DNA of 62,639 bases, counting the filler, from an uncultured Gemmatimonadota bacterium (GTDB lineage: Bacteria > GCA-2686955), in the NCBI GenBank assembly GCA_964490075.1. It is 4 parts of 4 records of this genome, joined end to end, with 100 filler letters (N's around TTAATTAATTAA, not from the genome) between each part and the next. Parts side by side here need not be neighbours in the genome. Positions count along the whole stretch, not along the records: positions 16,245 to 32,177 come from CAZBBK010000091.1; positions 32,278 to 47,690 come from CAZBBK010000092.1; 2 more parts are not named here. The stretch is one strand, 5' to 3'. This document shows, piece after piece, positions 30,100-46,407 of this stretch. Made by a program: the position numbers and the translations under genes. Position 1 is the stretch's first letter; every line of letters starts with the position of its first letter. The notes beneath the pieces were generated by a model. That model was not told where the DNA came from and made no database searches. It was given only the letters and a program-made list of their open reading frames with translations.

Positions 30100-31563
30100 T
30101 CAGGGGGTCTCCGCCGAGACCATGCTGAAGCGGTCGATGCGATCGCGCAGGGTGTTGCGGCTGATGCCCAGCAGCTTGGCCGCCTGGACCTGGTTGCCCC
30201 CCGTCTCGTGGAGCGTGCGGCGGATCAGGCTCGACTCGAGGGCCGCGGTGAGCTGACCGTAGAGGTTGCCGCTGCAACGCCGGAGCAGATTGGGGAACTG
30301 TTGGTCGACGATCTGCTCGAAGACCCGCACCCAGTCGCCTTCGGTCAACCCGACCGTGCCGTCGCGGTCCTTGGTCGCCACCAGCGACGCGTCGAGATGC
30401 GCGGGCATCACCAGGTGGCCTTTGGCGCGTACCACCGCGGCCTGTACCACGTTTTCCAGCTCGCGTACGTTGCCCGGCCAGGGGCAAGCGTTGAGCACTT
30501 CGATGGTCGAGGGATGAAAACTCTGCACGTCCTTGCGGAACTTGGCGCGGTAGCGACGCAGGAAGTGGCGCGCCAGCAGCATCACGTCGTCGCCGCGCTC
30601 GCGCAACGCCGGCAGGTGGATGTTGATCACCTTGAGGCGGTAGAAGAGGTCCCAGCGGAACTGCTCCGCCTTGCTGAGCTGCAACAGGCTCTTGTTGGTG
30701 GCGGCGATCACCCGCACGTCGACCCGAATCGTCTCGTTGCCGCCGACCCGCTCGAAGGCCTGCTCCTGGATCACCCGCAGCACCTTGGCCTGGGTCGAGG
30801 CCGACATGTCGCCGATCTCGTCGAGGAAGATGGTGCCCCCGTTGCAGATCTCGAACTTGCCCAGCTTGCGGGCCTTGGCGTCGGTGAAGGCTCCCTTTTC
30901 GTGGCCGAAGAGGTCCGATTCGAGCAAGGTCTCCGGGCCGGTGGCGCAGTTCATGACCTGGAAGGGCTTGTCGGCGCGCAGACTGTTGGCGACCAGCTCG
31001 GTCGCGACCACTCCCTTTCCGGTTCCCGTTTCGCCTTCGATCAGCACCGTGGCGTTGGAGCGCGCCACCTGTCCGATGGTCTTGTAGATCTCGATCATCT
31101 CGGGGCTGTCGCCGATCAGCGCGCCGCTGGTCTCTTCCTCTTCCGGCACGCCCATCAGCTCCACCTGGTCACGGTGCTCGGCGTACGACTGGGCCGCCTC
31201 GGCAGCTCGCTGCACCTGGGCCACCAGCTTCTCGGCCAGGTGGTAGTCGGCGATGACGTCGAAGGCTCCTTCCCCGATCAGGCTGATATAGACCTGCGGC
31301 GCCACCGACTTCATCAGCACGATGATCTGGACGAAGGAGAACCTCTGGTTCATCTGCCGCACGACATCGCCATCGGGAGCGGCGGACGCGTACTCGAAGT
31401 CGATCAGCACGACCTTGATCGGGGAGCCATAGAGCGTCTCCCCCACGCCATCGAGATCGGACCGAGCCACGTACTGCAGGCCCACCCTCTCGACCGCCTC
31501 CAGCACCTTGGAGCGATGACTGGTGTCGGTATAGACGAGAACGGTTTCCATCGGGAACTCCAT
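30100..31563 (-). CDS. Sigma54-type enhancer-binding protein with degenerate receiver domain
   Basis: GETGTGK, GAFTDA, FLDEIGDM, WPGNVREL, GNQVQAAKLLGISRNTL HTH; start may be 31551. Confidence 0.9.
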   Translation of the reverse strand: MEFPMETVLVYTDTSHRSKVLEAVERVGLQYVARSDLDGVGETLYGSPIKVVLIDFEYASAAPDGDVVRQMNQRFSFVQIIVLMKSVAPQVYISLIGEGAFDVIADYHLAEKLVAQVQRAAEAAQSYAEHRDQVELMGVPEEEETSGALIGDSPEMIEIYKTIGQVARSNATVLIEGETGTGKGVVATELVANSLRADKPFQVMNCATGPETLLESDLFGHEKGAFTDAKARKLGKFEICNGGTIFLDEIGDMSASTQAKVLRVIQEQAFERVGGNETIRVDVRVIAATNKSLLQLSKAEQFRWDLFYRLKVINIHLPALRERGDDVMLLARHFLRRYRAKFRKDVQSFHPSTIEVLNACPWPGNVRELENVVQAAVVRAKGHLVMPAHLDASLVATKDRDGTVGLTEGDWVRVFEQIVDQQFPNLLRRCSGNLYGQLTAALESSLIRRTLHETGGNQVQAAKLLGISRNTLRDRIDRFSMVSAETP

Positions 31564-32043
31564 CAGACAACCGCGCGGCGGGCCGATGGCTCGCCGGTTG
31601 CGGTCGATTGCAGCCGCCTCGAGCCGGATTCCGGCATTCGCGGCTTCAATCGCCCAGTGCACACCGCCGAGGTGTGCGACATCGGGGTCCTGCTCATCTA
31701 TCGGACTCCCAATTGGGCGGAATCCACTGTGACAGGACCACGGCGCGAAACTCCTCTCCTTGGCGCTTGTAAGACTTATCGGATGCGCATGCGCTCAACG
31801 CGCACAGATGGTCAGAACCTGATCAAGGAGAGGCCGGCGGAGCCCCTTGAGGACAAGGGGTTCGGCTCAGGGTCCCGGCAAAGACGCCGGGACCAGGCCT
31901 TGGGCTTCGGGCCCGGACATCGGACATCCAGGGCGAACCGCGTGGGCGGAGGGCAAACGAGCCGCGTGCAAGCCGGCGACTTTGCCGGGACCCTGGGGTT
32001 CGGCATGCTTGACTTCACCTTGGCAGATTGGTGTTGGATCGAA

Positions 32044-32075
32044 CTGGACTCCGGCTTTCGCCGGAATGACGGAGA
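32044..32075 (+). repeat. REP-like palindromic element
   Basis: CTGGACTCCGGCTTTCGCCGGAATGACGGAGA; related copies at 54763 and 54812. Confidence 0.75.
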
Positions 32076-32177
32076 AGGAGGCGTCGACGCGTGGATCGAG
32101 CGCTGCGTCTGGCCGCGGGTGGGGCCCATGGCACCGCTCCACAGACCGGGCGTCCCTCTGGCCTCGTCTCGTCGCGG

Positions 32178-32277
32178 NNNNNNNNNNNNNNNNNNNNNNN
32201 NNNNNNNNNNNNNNNNNNNNNTTAATTAATTAANNNNNNNNNNNNNNNNNNNNNNNNNNNNNNNNNNNNNNNNNNNN
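32178..32277. other. Artificial contig linker
   Basis: N run with TTAATTAATTAA. Confidence 0.98.
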
Positions 32278-32332
32278 CGATCGTACCGACGTTGACGTGC
32301 GGCTTCGTCCTCTCGAATTTCTCCTTGGCCAT
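32278..32332 (-). CDS. tuf: Elongation factor Tu, 5' fragment (cut by contig end)
   Basis: GGAGG RBS then MAKEKFERTKPHVNVGTI; not in the ORF track. Confidence 0.95.
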
Positions 32333-32499
32333 TGCGGCAACCTCCTGGAGCGCTGGCTGATTTCCCTGCGCTCTCCGGCGTGTCGAGGCTTGCTTCGCTT
32401 ACAGACTTCAAGCCCGCATTTCTCACCGGCGCCGGTTCCGGCTCCGGCCGGCCGAAGGTCGGTGAGAAATGCGGGGCAGCCTTGGGCAGCAAAAGCGCG

Positions 32500-32528
32500 A
32501 TTATGATGGTGCCCGGGCGGGCGCGCAA
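32500..32528 (-). promoter_or_regulatory. Putative sigma70 promoter for tuf
   Basis: TTGCGC-N17-CATAAT immediately after the fusA stop. Confidence 0.55.
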
Positions 32529-32529
32529 C

Positions 32530-34608
32530 CTATTTCTTTCCGGCCATGATCTCTTCCGCAATCGGCGCCGGCACTTCGACGTAGCGGTCGAAGATCATGC
32601 TGAAGTTGGCCCGACCCTGGCTGAGGGATCGCAGGCGGGTGGCGTAGCCGAACATCTCGGACAGCGGAACCGTCGCCGTGACCACCTGGGACTCGGCCTG
32701 CGGCTCGATCTGCGAGATCTTGCCACGGCGCGCGCTCAGGTCTCCCATCACGTCGCCCAGGTAGTCCTCGGGCGTCACCGCCTCGACCCGCATCACCGGC
32801 TCCAGCAGCACCGGAGAGGCGCGCTTGACGGCCTCGCGCAGCGCCAGGGAACCGGCCACCTGGAACGCCATCTCGGAAGAGTCGACATCGTGGTGGCTGC
32901 CGTCGTAGAGCTCCGCCTTGACGTCCACCAGCGGGTATCCGGCCACCACTCCGTTGCGCATCGCCTCCCTGATCCCTTTCGCGACCGCGGGGACGTATTC
33001 CTTGGGGATCGCGCCGCCGACGATTCGATCCTCGAAGACGAATCCCTGACCCGATTCGGCGGGGCTGAAACGCAGACGGACGTCGGCGTATTGGCCGTGC
33101 CCACCGGTCTGCTTCTGGAACTTGGTGCGCTGATCGACCTCTGCGCGAATCGTCTCTTTGTAGGCGACCTGCGGCCGGCCGACGTTGGCGTCGACGTTGA
33201 ACTCGCGCATCATCCGATCGACCAGGATCTCCAGGTGCAGCTCGCCCATGCCGCTGATGATCGTCTGCCCGGTCTCTTCGTCGTAGCCGACATGGAAGGT
33301 GGGATCCTCTTCGGAGAGCTTGGCCAGGGTCTTGGCCAGGTTCTCCTGGTCGGCGCGGGTCCTGGGCTCGATCGCGACGCCGATCACCGGCTCGGGGAAG
33401 ACCATCGCCTCAAGCAGCACCGGCGAGCCCCTATCGCACAGGGTGTCGCCGGTGCGCACGTCTTTCAGACCGACGACGGCGGCGATGTCGCCCGCCCGCA
33501 CCGAGGGAATCTCCTCGCGCTTGTTGGCGTGCATGTGCAGCAGCCGGCCCACTCGCTGCCTCTTGCCGCGGCTGGCGTTGAACACCATCCCGCCGCTCTC
33601 GACCTGTCCGCTGTAGACCCGGATGAAGGTCAGCTTGCCGACATAAGGATCGTTCATCAGCTTGAAAGCCACCGCGGAGAAGGGCTCCTCGAGATCGGCC
33701 TTGCGCTCGAGGGCGGTCTCGTCGTCGTCGGGATCGAAGCCTTGCACCGCAGGCACGTCCAGGGGGGAAGGAAGCAGACGCACGATGCAGTCCAGCAAGC
33801 GCTGGACCCCCTTGTTCTTGAAGGCCGACCCGCAAAGCACCGGCACCATGTCGCCGGCGATGCAGGCGCCGCGCAGCGCCAGCACGCACTCCTCGACGCC
33901 GATCTCCTCGCCATCCAGGTAGCGCACAAGGAGCGTATCGTCCTGGTCGGCGACCGCTTCCAGCATCGCCTCTCGCGCCGCGCCGGCCGCGGCAGCGAAG
34001 TGCGTGGGGATCGCCCGCTCCTCGAACTCCGCCCCGCGGGTCTCCTGATCGTAGTAGCGGGCCTTCATCGTGATCAGGTCGATGATGCCTTCGAACTCTT
34101 CGCCGCCGCCGAGCGGGATCTGGATCGGTACCGCGTTGGCCCTCAAACGCGCGCGCATCATCTCCACCACGCGCGCGAAATCGGCGCCGACCCGGTCCAT
34201 CTTGTTGACGAAGGCGATGCGCGGCACGCCGTACTTGTCGGCCTGGCGCCACACGGTCTCGGACTGCGGCTCCACTCCGCCCACGGCGCAGAACACCGCG
34301 ACCGCCCCATCCAGCACGCGCAGGCTGCGCTCCACCTCGGCGGTGAAATCGACGTGCCCGGGGGTGTCGATGATGTTGATCTGGTGGTCGCGCCAGGCGC
34401 AGGTGGTGGCGGCCGAGGTGATGGTGATGCCGCGCTCTTTCTCCTGCTCCATCCAGTCCATGGCGGCACCGCCGTCGTGCACTTCCCCCATGCGGTGCAG
34501 GCGGCCGGAGTAGAAGAGGATGCGCTCGGTGGTCGTGGTCTTCCCGGCGTCGATATGCGCCATGACCCCGATGTTGCGGATCTTCTCCAGGGGGACGATT
34601 GCATCCAT
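32530..34608 (-). CDS. fusA: Elongation factor G
   Basis: [40 protein letters not shown]; follows rpsG. Confidence 0.98.
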   Translation of the reverse strand: MDAIVPLEKIRNIGVMAHIDAGKTTTTERILFYSGRLHRMGEVHDGGAAMDWMEQEKERGITITSAATTCAWRDHQINIIDTPGHVDFTAEVERSLRVLDGAVAVFCAVGGVEPQSETVWRQADKYGVPRIAFVNKMDRVGADFARVVEMMRARLRANAVPIQIPLGGGEEFEGIIDLITMKARYYDQETRGAEFEERAIPTHFAAAAGAAREAMLEAVADQDDTLLVRYLDGEEIGVEECVLALRGACIAGDMVPVLCGSAFKNKGVQRLLDCIVRLLPSPLDVPAVQGFDPDDDETALERKADLEEPFSAVAFKLMNDPYVGKLTFIRVYSGQVESGGMVFNASRGKRQRVGRLLHMHANKREEIPSVRAGDIAAVVGLKDVRTGDTLCDRGSPVLLEAMVFPEPVIGVAIEPRTRADQENLAKTLAKLSEEDPTFHVGYDEETGQTIISGMGELHLEILVDRMMREFNVDANVGRPQVAYKETIRAEVDQRTKFQKQTGGHGQYADVRLRFSPAESGQGFVFEDRIVGGAIPKEYVPAVAKGIREAMRNGVVAGYPLVDVKAELYDGSHHDVDSSEMAFQVAGSLALREAVKRASPVLLEPVMRVEAVTPEDYLGDVMGDLSARRGKISQIEPQAESQVVTATVPLSEMFGYATRLRSLSQGRANFSMIFDRYVEVPAPIAEEIMAGKK

Positions 34609-34611
34609 CTC

Positions 34612-34642
34612 AAAAAAAACGATCCGGGCGCTACCCGGATCG
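34612..34642 (-). terminator. Intrinsic terminator-like hairpin plus U8 directly before the fusA start
   Basis: CGAUCCGGG-UAGCG-CCCGGAUCG-UUUUUUUU-GAG-AUG. Confidence 0.7.
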
Positions 34643-34697
34643 ACACTCCCTTTCGATGCGTGGCGAGCCTGCTCCACCCCGGCGGGGTGCGGCCAGG

Positions 34698-35168
34698 CTA
34701 CCAGCGATAATGAGCAAACGCCTTGTTGGCGTCCGCCATTCGGTGGGTGTCTTCGCGCTTCTTGGCGGCCAGCCCCTCGCCTCGCGAGGCCGCGATCAGC
34801 TCGGCGGCGAGCTTGTCCGACATCGACTTGCCGGTGCGCAGCCGGCTGAAACCGATGAGCCAGCGCAGTGCCAGCGCGGTGCGACGCTCTGGACGCACCT
34901 CGATCGGCACCTGGTAGGTCGATCCGCCCACCCGTCGTGACTTCACCTCGAGCACCGGCTTGACCTTGGCCACCGCGTCCTTGAAGACCGTCAGGCCACT
35001 CTGCCCCAGCTCTTCCTCGATTTGCTCGAGAGCTCGGTAAAAGGCTCCCTCCGCCTTGCTCTTCTTGCCATCGAGCATCAGGCAGTTGACGAATTGGGTG
35101 ACCAGCGTGCTGCCATACTTGGGATCGGGGACGATCTCTCGCTTGGCCGCTCTTCTGCGTCGAGGCAT
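34698..35168 (-). CDS. rpsG: 30S ribosomal protein S7
   Basis: [40 protein letters not shown]. Confidence 0.99.
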   Translation of the reverse strand: MPRRRRAAKREIVPDPKYGSTLVTQFVNCLMLDGKKSKAEGAFYRALEQIEEELGQSGLTVFKDAVAKVKPVLEVKSRRVGGSTYQVPIEVRPERRTALALRWLIGFSRLRTGKSMSDKLAAELIAASRGEGLAAKKREDTHRMADANKAFAHYRW

Positions 35169-35318
35169 CTTCTACTCCGTCGGGGAACTCTTCGGGCCGC
35201 CGCGAAACGGCCAGCTCCCATGCAGTTCAAAAGCTGTTCCACCAGCCCGGTCGGACTCGAGCTGCCGCGAAGCGGCCAGCTCCAAGTTCGACAGCATGGG
35301 CTGCTACGTCAGCCCATG

Positions 35319-35693
<375 letters not shown>

Positions 35694-35768
35694 GCTGCCC
35701 TCCCGAACCAGATCCGCCCTCTCGGGAGGGCGGACCTAGGGTTGCCATGGAACTGGTACAGAAAGAGG

Positions 35769-35793
35769 ATGCTATCAAGCGCGATGAGCGCTG

Positions 35794-35797
<4 letters not shown>
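35769..35797 (-). promoter_or_regulatory. Sigma70 promoter of the str operon, overlapping the rpoC stop
   Basis: TTGACA-N17-TAGCAT. Confidence 0.75.
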
Positions 35798-40017
<4,220 letters not shown>

Positions 40018-40100
40018 TTGGATTCCTCCATCGGCGGCCCGTGCTGGGCCGGGCGGGAGTTCGGTCCCGAGCCGTGCCGCGCCGTGGGCGCTGGCGCGAG

Positions 40101-43100
40101 TCAGGACCGGCCGTTCTTCGACAGGAGCTGGACGTCGAGGCCCAGGGACTGGAGCTCTTTCACCAACACGTTGAAGGACTCGGGAATCCCCGGCTCGGGA
40201 GGATTCACGCCCTTCACGATCGCCTCGTAGATCTTGGAGCGGCCGCCGACGTCGTCGGACTTCACGGTGAGCAGCTCCTGGAGCGCGTAGGCGGCCCCAT
40301 AGGCTTCCAGAGCCCACACCTCCATCTCGCCGAAACGCTGGCCGCCGAACTGAGCCTTGCCGCCCAGCGGTTGCTGGGTCACCAGCGAGTAGGGACCAAT
40401 CGAGCGGGCGTGGATCTTGTCGTCGACCAGGTGCGAGAGCTTGAGCATGTAGATATAGCCGACCGTGATCTTCTCGTCGAAAGGCTCGCCGCTCTGCCCG
40501 TCGTAGAGCAGCGTGCGCCCATCGACCGGCAGTCCCGCGGCCTCGAGAGCCTCCTTGATGTCGGCCTCGCTCGGCCCATCGAAGACCGGGCAGGCCACCT
40601 TGACGCCCAGCTCGCGCGCGGCCCATCCGAAGTGGGTCTCGAGGATCTGCCCCAGGTTCATCCGCGAGGGCACGCCGAGCGGATTGAGCACGATGTCGAT
40701 CGGCGTGCCGTCGGCCATGTGGGGCATGTCCTCGATCGGCACGATCTTGGAGACCACACCCTTGTTGCCGTGGCGGCCGGCCATCTTGTCGCCCACCGAG
40801 AGGATCCGTTTGCGGGCCACGTAGACCTTGACCAGCTTGACGATGCCCGGCGGCAGCTCGTCGCCCAGGTTGGCCTTCTCGATCTCTCGCTCGAGCCGAT
40901 CATCGAGGCTCTCGAGCTTCTTGCGATAGAGCCTGCCGATCACCGCGACCTGGTGATTGATCTCGTCGCTGCCGACCAGCTGGGCATCGAGCACCAGGGT
41001 GTCGAAATCGACCGCCTTGAGCACCTCGCGACCCAGCTTCTTGCCGCGCGGAACCACGCGCCGCCCGGTGCGCGCGTCTTGCAGGTCTTGGGCGACCCGG
41101 CGATTGAGCAGCTTGATGATCTGCTCGTCGCGGATGCTGCGAATCGCCGCCACCCGCTCGTCGTGCTGCTCCTTCAAAGCGGCCACCCGGCGCCCGATCT
41201 CGCGTTTCACCCGCTCGTCGCGCTCGCGCCGCGAGAACACTCGCACGTCGACCACGGTGCCGTTCATTCCGGTGGGGGCCTTGAGCGACGCATCGCGCAC
41301 GTCGCCGGCCTTCTCGCCGAAGATGGCGCGCAAGAGACGCTCTTCCGGGGTCAGCTCGGTCTCACCCTTCGGCGTCACCTTCCCCACCAGGATGTCGCCC
41401 GGCTGGACATCGGCCCCGGTCACGATGATGCCGTCGTCGTCGAGATTGCGCACCGCTTCGTCCGAGACGTTGGGGATCTCGCGGGTGATCTCTTCCTGGC
41501 CACGCTTGGTGTCGCGTACCTGCAGCTCCATCTCGACGATGTGGATCGAGGTGAAGACATCCTCGCGGACCACTCTCTCGCTGACCACGATCGCGTCTTC
41601 GAAGTTGAAGCCGTTCCAGGGCATGAACGCGACCAGCAGGTTCTTGCCCAGCGCCAGCTCCCCGTTGTCGATCGCCTGGCCGTCGGCGATCACGTCGCCA
41701 GGCTTCACCAGGTCGCCGGGAACGACCCGCGGCCGCTCGTTGATGCAGGTATCCTGGTTCGACTTGCGGAACTTCTTCAGGCGGTACTTGTCGCGCGTGC
41801 TCCAGTTGAAGATCTCGTTCTCCGGCACCGGTTCCCGCTCGTCGATCTCGATCACGATCCGATCGGCGTCGGCCTGAACCACCGTGCCGCCGCGCTGAGC
41901 AATCAACACACTTCCGGAATCGACCGCGACTTTTCGCTCCATTCCCGTGCCCACCAGCGGCGCTTCGGTGGTCATCAGCGGCACCGCCTGGCGTTGCATG
42001 TTGGAGCCCATCAGCGCCCGGTTGGCATCGTCATGTTCCAGGAAGGGGATCAACGCGGCCGCTACCGACACGATTTGGATCGGCGCCACGTCCATGTAGT
42101 CGACCTGGTCCACCGGAGCAACGACGTACTCGCCGCGGCGCCGGGTGCGCACCAAGGGATTGCTGAAGCGGCCGTCGGCCTCCAGGGGCGCGTTGGCCTG
42201 AGCGATGGTATAGAGATCCTCTTTGTCGGCCGACAGATGCTCGATCTCGTCGGTGACGACACCGTCCGCCACCTTGCGATAGGGCGTCTCGAGAAACCCG
42301 AAGCTGTTGACTCGCGTGTAGGTACACAGCGAGGTGATGAGGCCGATATTGGGGCCTTCCGGGGTCTCGATGGTGCACATTCGACCGTAATGGGTGTGGT
42401 GCACGTCGCGCACCTCGATCCCGGCCCGATCGCGCGTCAAACCGCCGGGTCCGAGCGCCGAGAGCCGGCGCTTGTTGGTCAGCTCGCCGAGCGGATTCAC
42501 CTGGTCCATGAACTGCGAGAGCTGGCTCGAGCCGAAGAATGTCGACACCACCGAAGAGATCGTGCGCGCGTTGATCAAGTCGTAGGGCGTGATGGTGTCG
42601 GAATCCTGCAGCGCCATCCGCTCGCGGATGGTGCGCGCCATGCGCGACAGTCCGGTCGAGAGCTGCTGCGCCAAGAGCTCGCCCACCGAGCGGATCCGGC
42701 GGTTGCCCAGGTGATCGATATCGTCGATATTGCCTTCCCCGCCGCGCAGCCGCAGCAGGTAACGGATAATGGCGATCAAGTCCTCGTTGCAGAGGACCGT
42801 CTGCTCCTCGGGAACGTCGAGCGCCAAGCGGGTGTTGATCCGATGGCGTCCGACCTCTCCCAGGTGGTAACGCTTGGGATTGAAGAACAGCCGCTCCAGC
42901 AGCGCGCGCGCGGTCTCCACGCTGGCCTGATCGCCCGGTCGCAGAATGTTGTAGATCTTGATCAGCGCTTCCGACTCGTCCTCGCACGGGTCCTTGCCCA
43001 AGGTGTTCTTGAGAACCTCGAGGTCCCCCGGCGAGTCGGTGTTGAGAATCGAAACCGTCTCCACCCCGGCGTCGCGGATCAGCTTGATGGCGTCGCGGGT

Positions 43101-43901
43101 GATCGTCTCGCCCTGCTCGATCAGGATCTCGCCGGTATTGGTATCGACCACCGCATCGGTGGTGATGCGGCCGTGGAACTCCTCGTCCGGAGCTTCGCTT
43201 ACCCGCACCTCTTCGAACTCACTGAACAAGCGCAAAACGTCGTCGTCGGTCGAGTAGCCGAGCGCCCGCAGCAGAACCGTCACCGGGATCTTGCGCTTGC
43301 GGTCGATGTGTACATACATCACATCGCGCGCGTCGAGGCTGAACTCGACCCAGGAGCCGCGATTGGGAATGATCCGCCCGGAAAAGAGCCGCTTGCCGTT
43401 GGCGTGAATCTCGTCGCCGAAGTAGACACCGGGGGAACGGTGCAGCTGGCAAACGATCACCCGCTCGGCACCGTTGATGATGAAGGTGCCCTTGTCGGTG
43501 ATCAGCGGCAGCTCGCCGAGGTAGACCTCTTGCTGAATGATGTCCTTGACCCGCTTCTGGTCGTCGACGGCCTCGCGCACGATCAGCCGCAGCGCCGCCT
43601 TCAGCGGCACCGCGTAGGTCATATCGCGATCCTGGCACTCGCGGATCGAGTACTTCGGCTCGCCGACCGAGTAGCCGAGAAACTCCAAAGTGAAGTTGGC
43701 GTGCGGGTCGGAGATCGGAAAGATGTCGTTGAAGACCGCCTGCAGGCCGATGCTCTCCCTGTCCTCGGGAGCCAGATCGCGCTGAAGGAAGTCGCCGTAG
43801 CTCGAGAGCTGGATCTCGAGCAGATTCGGCATCTCGAGGATCGGCTCGATCCGCGAGTAGTCGCGGCGGCCGGTGGTCGAATCGATCTTGTAGCGTGCCA
43901 A
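40101..43901 (-). CDS. rpoB: RNA polymerase beta subunit
   Basis: [42 protein letters not shown] start with GAGGGGG RBS. Confidence 0.99.
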   Translation of the reverse strand: MARYKIDSTTGRRDYSRIEPILEMPNLLEIQLSSYGDFLQRDLAPEDRESIGLQAVFNDIFPISDPHANFTLEFLGYSVGEPKYSIRECQDRDMTYAVPLKAALRLIVREAVDDQKRVKDIIQQEVYLGELPLITDKGTFIINGAERVIVCQLHRSPGVYFGDEIHANGKRLFSGRIIPNRGSWVEFSLDARDVMYVHIDRKRKIPVTVLLRALGYSTDDDVLRLFSEFEEVRVSEAPDEEFHGRITTDAVVDTNTGEILIEQGETITRDAIKLIRDAGVETVSILNTDSPGDLEVLKNTLGKDPCEDESEALIKIYNILRPGDQASVETARALLERLFFNPKRYHLGEVGRHRINTRLALDVPEEQTVLCNEDLIAIIRYLLRLRGGEGNIDDIDHLGNRRIRSVGELLAQQLSTGLSRMARTIRERMALQDSDTITPYDLINARTISSVVSTFFGSSQLSQFMDQVNPLGELTNKRRLSALGPGGLTRDRAGIEVRDVHHTHYGRMCTIETPEGPNIGLITSLCTYTRVNSFGFLETPYRKVADGVVTDEIEHLSADKEDLYTIAQANAPLEADGRFSNPLVRTRRRGEYVVAPVDQVDYMDVAPIQIVSVAAALIPFLEHDDANRALMGSNMQRQAVPLMTTEAPLVGTGMERKVAVDSGSVLIAQRGGTVVQADADRIVIEIDEREPVPENEIFNWSTRDKYRLKKFRKSNQDTCINERPRVVPGDLVKPGDVIADGQAIDNGELALGKNLLVAFMPWNGFNFEDAIVVSERVVREDVFTSIHIVEMELQVRDTKRGQEEITREIPNVSDEAVRNLDDDGIIVTGADVQPGDILVGKVTPKGETELTPEERLLRAIFGEKAGDVRDASLKAPTGMNGTVVDVRVFSRRERDERVKREIGRRVAALKEQHDERVAAIRSIRDEQIIKLLNRRVAQDLQDARTGRRVVPRGKKLGREVLKAVDFDTLVLDAQLVGSDEINHQVAVIGRLYRKKLESLDDRLEREIEKANLGDELPPGIVKLVKVYVARKRILSVGDKMAGRHGNKGVVSKIVPIEDMPHMADGTPIDIVLNPLGVPSRMNLGQILETHFGWAARELGVKVACPVFDGPSEADIKEALEAAGLPVDGRTLLYDGQSGEPFDEKITVGYIYMLKLSHLVDDKIHARSIGPYSLVTQQPLGGKAQFGGQRFGEMEVWALEAYGAAYALQELLTVKSDDVGGRSKIYEAIVKGVNPPEPGIPESFNVLVKELQSLGLDVQLLSKNGRS

Positions 43902-44114
43902 GGCATCCCCCTCAGTGGGAGAGAATCGAGCAGTATACACCGCATAGCGAAAGGCCGGCGAGCGAAAGGTCGCCCGCCGCGGAGTCGGTCGCCACGGGCC
44001 ACGCCGGCCGACCCGGAGACGGCACGCGCCGAAACGCGCGCGGCCGCCGGCCGATTGCGGCGCTCGGGTCGGGGAATCGCCGACCCGGCATCGGGGCAGA
44101 TCGGAGGGTCCGGA

Positions 44115-44507
44115 TCACTTGATCTCGACGCCCGCGCCGACCTCCTCGAGCTTGCCCTTGATCTCGTCGGCCTCGTCCTTGGAGACCGCCTCTTTCACCG
44201 GCTTCGGCGCGTTGTCGACCAGCTCCTTGGCCTCTTTCAGCCCGAGACCGGTGATCGCGCGCACCTCTTTGATGACCTGGATCTTCTTCTGGCCGGCCGC
44301 GGTCAGCACGACGTCGAACTCGGTCTGTTCCTCCGCCGCCGCGCCGTCGCCTTCACCGGCACCCATTGCGGCCATCGGAACCCCCGCCATCGGCACCGCG
44401 GCGCTCACCCCGAACTTCTCCTCGAAGTCCTTGATCAGGTCCGCCAGCTCCAGTGCGGGCATCTCCGCGATCGCGTCGATGATTTGGTCTTTGGTCAGCG
44501 TAGCCAT
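44115..44507 (-). CDS. rplL: 50S ribosomal protein L7/L12
   Basis: [34 protein letters not shown]. Confidence 0.99.
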   Translation of the reverse strand: MATLTKDQIIDAIAEMPALELADLIKDFEEKFGVSAAVPMAGVPMAAMGAGEGDGAAAEEQTEFDVVLTAAGQKKIQVIKEVRAITGLGLKEAKELVDNAPKPVKEAVSKDEADEIKGKLEEVGAGVEIK

Positions 44508-44616
44508 CGTATTCAACTCCTTGATTCCCTGCCCACGCGTGCCTCCGAACGGGACCGCGAGGGCCTTCTGGGACGGTTTCGGCGCCAAGCGCGCCGCACG
44601 ATCCGACCGGTGTCGG

Positions 44617-45144
44617 TCAAGACTCTTTTTGCTCTTTGATCTGGGTCAGCACGGTCGCGAAGCCGCTCAGCACCGCCTGCAGCGCACCGGCGAAGCCGGT
44701 GAGCGGTGCCGAAAGCGCACCCGCCAGCTGCGCCAGGAGCTGCTCCCGACTCGGCAGCCTGGCGATCCGCAGAACTTCGTCGTGGTTGACGAAGCGGCCC
44801 GAAACCACCGCTCCCTTGATGACCGGCAGCTCCTTCGCGTGCTTCTTGCTGAAGTCGGTCAAGACCCTCGCCGGCGCCACCGCGTCGCTGCGGCCGAAGG
44901 CCACGGCGGTGGGTCCCACGAAGAGCTCAGAGATGTCCTCGTTGACTCCCGCCTCGCTCGCGGCTCTGCGCGCCAGGGTGTTCTTGACCACCCGGTACTC
45001 GACGTCGGCCTCTCTGAGCAGGCGCCGCAGGGCGGTGGTATCGGCGACGTTCAAGCCGGTGAAATCCGCCAGGTAGGCGTTGTCGTGGGTCCTGAACTTC
45101 TCAGCGAGCTCAGCGACCGCTTGTGCTTTCTCTGGGCGTGCCAT
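44617..45144 (-). CDS. rplJ: 50S ribosomal protein L10
   Basis: [26 protein letters not shown]. Confidence 0.97.
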   Translation of the reverse strand: MARPEKAQAVAELAEKFRTHDNAYLADFTGLNVADTTALRRLLREADVEYRVVKNTLARRAASEAGVNEDISELFVGPTAVAFGRSDAVAPARVLTDFSKKHAKELPVIKGAVVSGRFVNHDEVLRIARLPSREQLLAQLAGALSAPLTGFAGALQAVLSGFATVLTQIKEQKES

Positions 45145-45182
45145 CGGTGCTCCGATGCCAGGCTCTCGGGGGAACCCCGAGC

Positions 45183-45884
45183 TCACTTGGCGAGGTTGAG
45201 AATCTCTTGGGTGTCGAGGCGGACGCCAGGACCCATGGTCGAGGCCAGGGTCGCCGAACGAAGATAGGTCCCCTTCACCGATGAAGGACGAGCCCGCGCC
45301 AGCTCGCGCAGGAAGGTCAGCGCGTTCTCGCGCAGCTGATCCTCGCCGAAGGAGATCTTGCCGATCGGCACGTTGACGTTCGAGCCCCGGTCGACGCGGT
45401 ACTCGATCTTGCCCGCCTTGAAGTCGCCGACCGCCTTCGCGACGTCGGTGGTGACCGTGCCGACCTTGGGGTTCGGCATCAGGCCGCGGGGACCGAGGAC
45501 CCGGCCCAGGCGCCCCACCTTCGGCATCATGTCGGGAGTGGCGATCGCGGCATCGAACTCCAGCCAGCCGTCCTGGATCTTCTTCACCAGGTCGTCGTCG
45601 CCGACATGGTCGGCGCCCGCGTCGAGCGCCTCCTGGGCCTTTTCCGCCACCGCGAACACCAGCACCCGCACCGACTTCCCGGTGCCGTGCGGGAGCACCA
45701 CCGTGCCCCGAACTTGCTGGTCGGCGTGGCGCGGGTTGACTCCCAGGTGGGTGCAGACTTCGACCGTCTCGTCGAACTTGGCGAACGCCAGGGACTTCAC
45801 CAGGCCGATGGCGTCGGCGAGGGGGTAAGGGCTCAGCGCATCGACACGGCCGACCGCGTCGCGATAGTGCTTGCCGTGCTTCAT
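45183..45884 (-). CDS. rplA: 50S ribosomal protein L1
   Basis: KFDETVE, DQQVRG...[26 protein letters not shown]. Confidence 0.99.
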   Translation of the reverse strand: MKHGKHYRDAVGRVDALSPYPLADAIGLVKSLAFAKFDETVEVCTHLGVNPRHADQQVRGTVVLPHGTGKSVRVLVFAVAEKAQEALDAGADHVGDDDLVKKIQDGWLEFDAAIATPDMMPKVGRLGRVLGPRGLMPNPKVGTVTTDVAKAVGDFKAGKIEYRVDRGSNVNVPIGKISFGEDQLRENALTFLRELARARPSSVKGTYLRSATLASTMGPGVRLDTQEILNLAK

Positions 45885-46315
45885 CCGCTCTCCCCCTTCG
45901 ACAAGATCCCCATGCTGCGGGCGGTGCCCTGGATCATCGCCACCGCCGCGTCCATGTCGTTGGCGTTCAGGTCCTCCCACTTCAGCTTCGCGATCTCCTC
46001 GCACTGGGCACGGGAGATGGTCCCGACCTTGGTGCGGTTCGGTTCCGGCGAGGCCTTGGCCAGCCCCACGGCACGCTTGATCAGGATCGCGGCCGGCGGA
46101 CTCTTGGTGATGAACGAGAACGAGCGGTCGGCATGGATGCTGATGACCACCGGGATCACCAGTCCTTGCTGCTGCTGGGTCTTGGCGTTGAACGTCTTGC
46201 AGAACTCCATGATGTTGACCCCGTGCTGTCCCAACGCGGGACCGACCGGGGGCGCGGGTGTGGCGCCTCCGGCGGGGATCTGGAGCTTGATCTGCCCGAC
46301 GACCTTCTTGGCCAT
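45881..46315 (-). CDS. rplK: 50S ribosomal protein L11
   Basis: [32 protein letters not shown]. Confidence 0.99.
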   Translation of the reverse strand: MAKKVVGQIKLQIPAGGATPAPPVGPALGQHGVNIMEFCKTFNAKTQQQQGLVIPVVISIHADRSFSFITKSPPAAILIKRAVGLAKASPEPNRTKVGTISRAQCEEIAKLKWEDLNANDMDAAVAMIQGTARSMGILSKGESG

Positions 46316-46407
46316 CTGTGGCTCCTATCGTTTCCGGTGCAAGCGGCCCGAAGGCCTCCCGGTTCTGTGAATCCTGCGCCCCACCGCGCAATGCGCGGCG
46401 TGAGGGC

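Noticed and set aside
31564-32177. Possible sigma54 (-24/-12) promoter or ncRNA upstream of the activator
   Set aside because: No convincing TGGCAC-N5-TTGC match; only the REP-like element is supportable.
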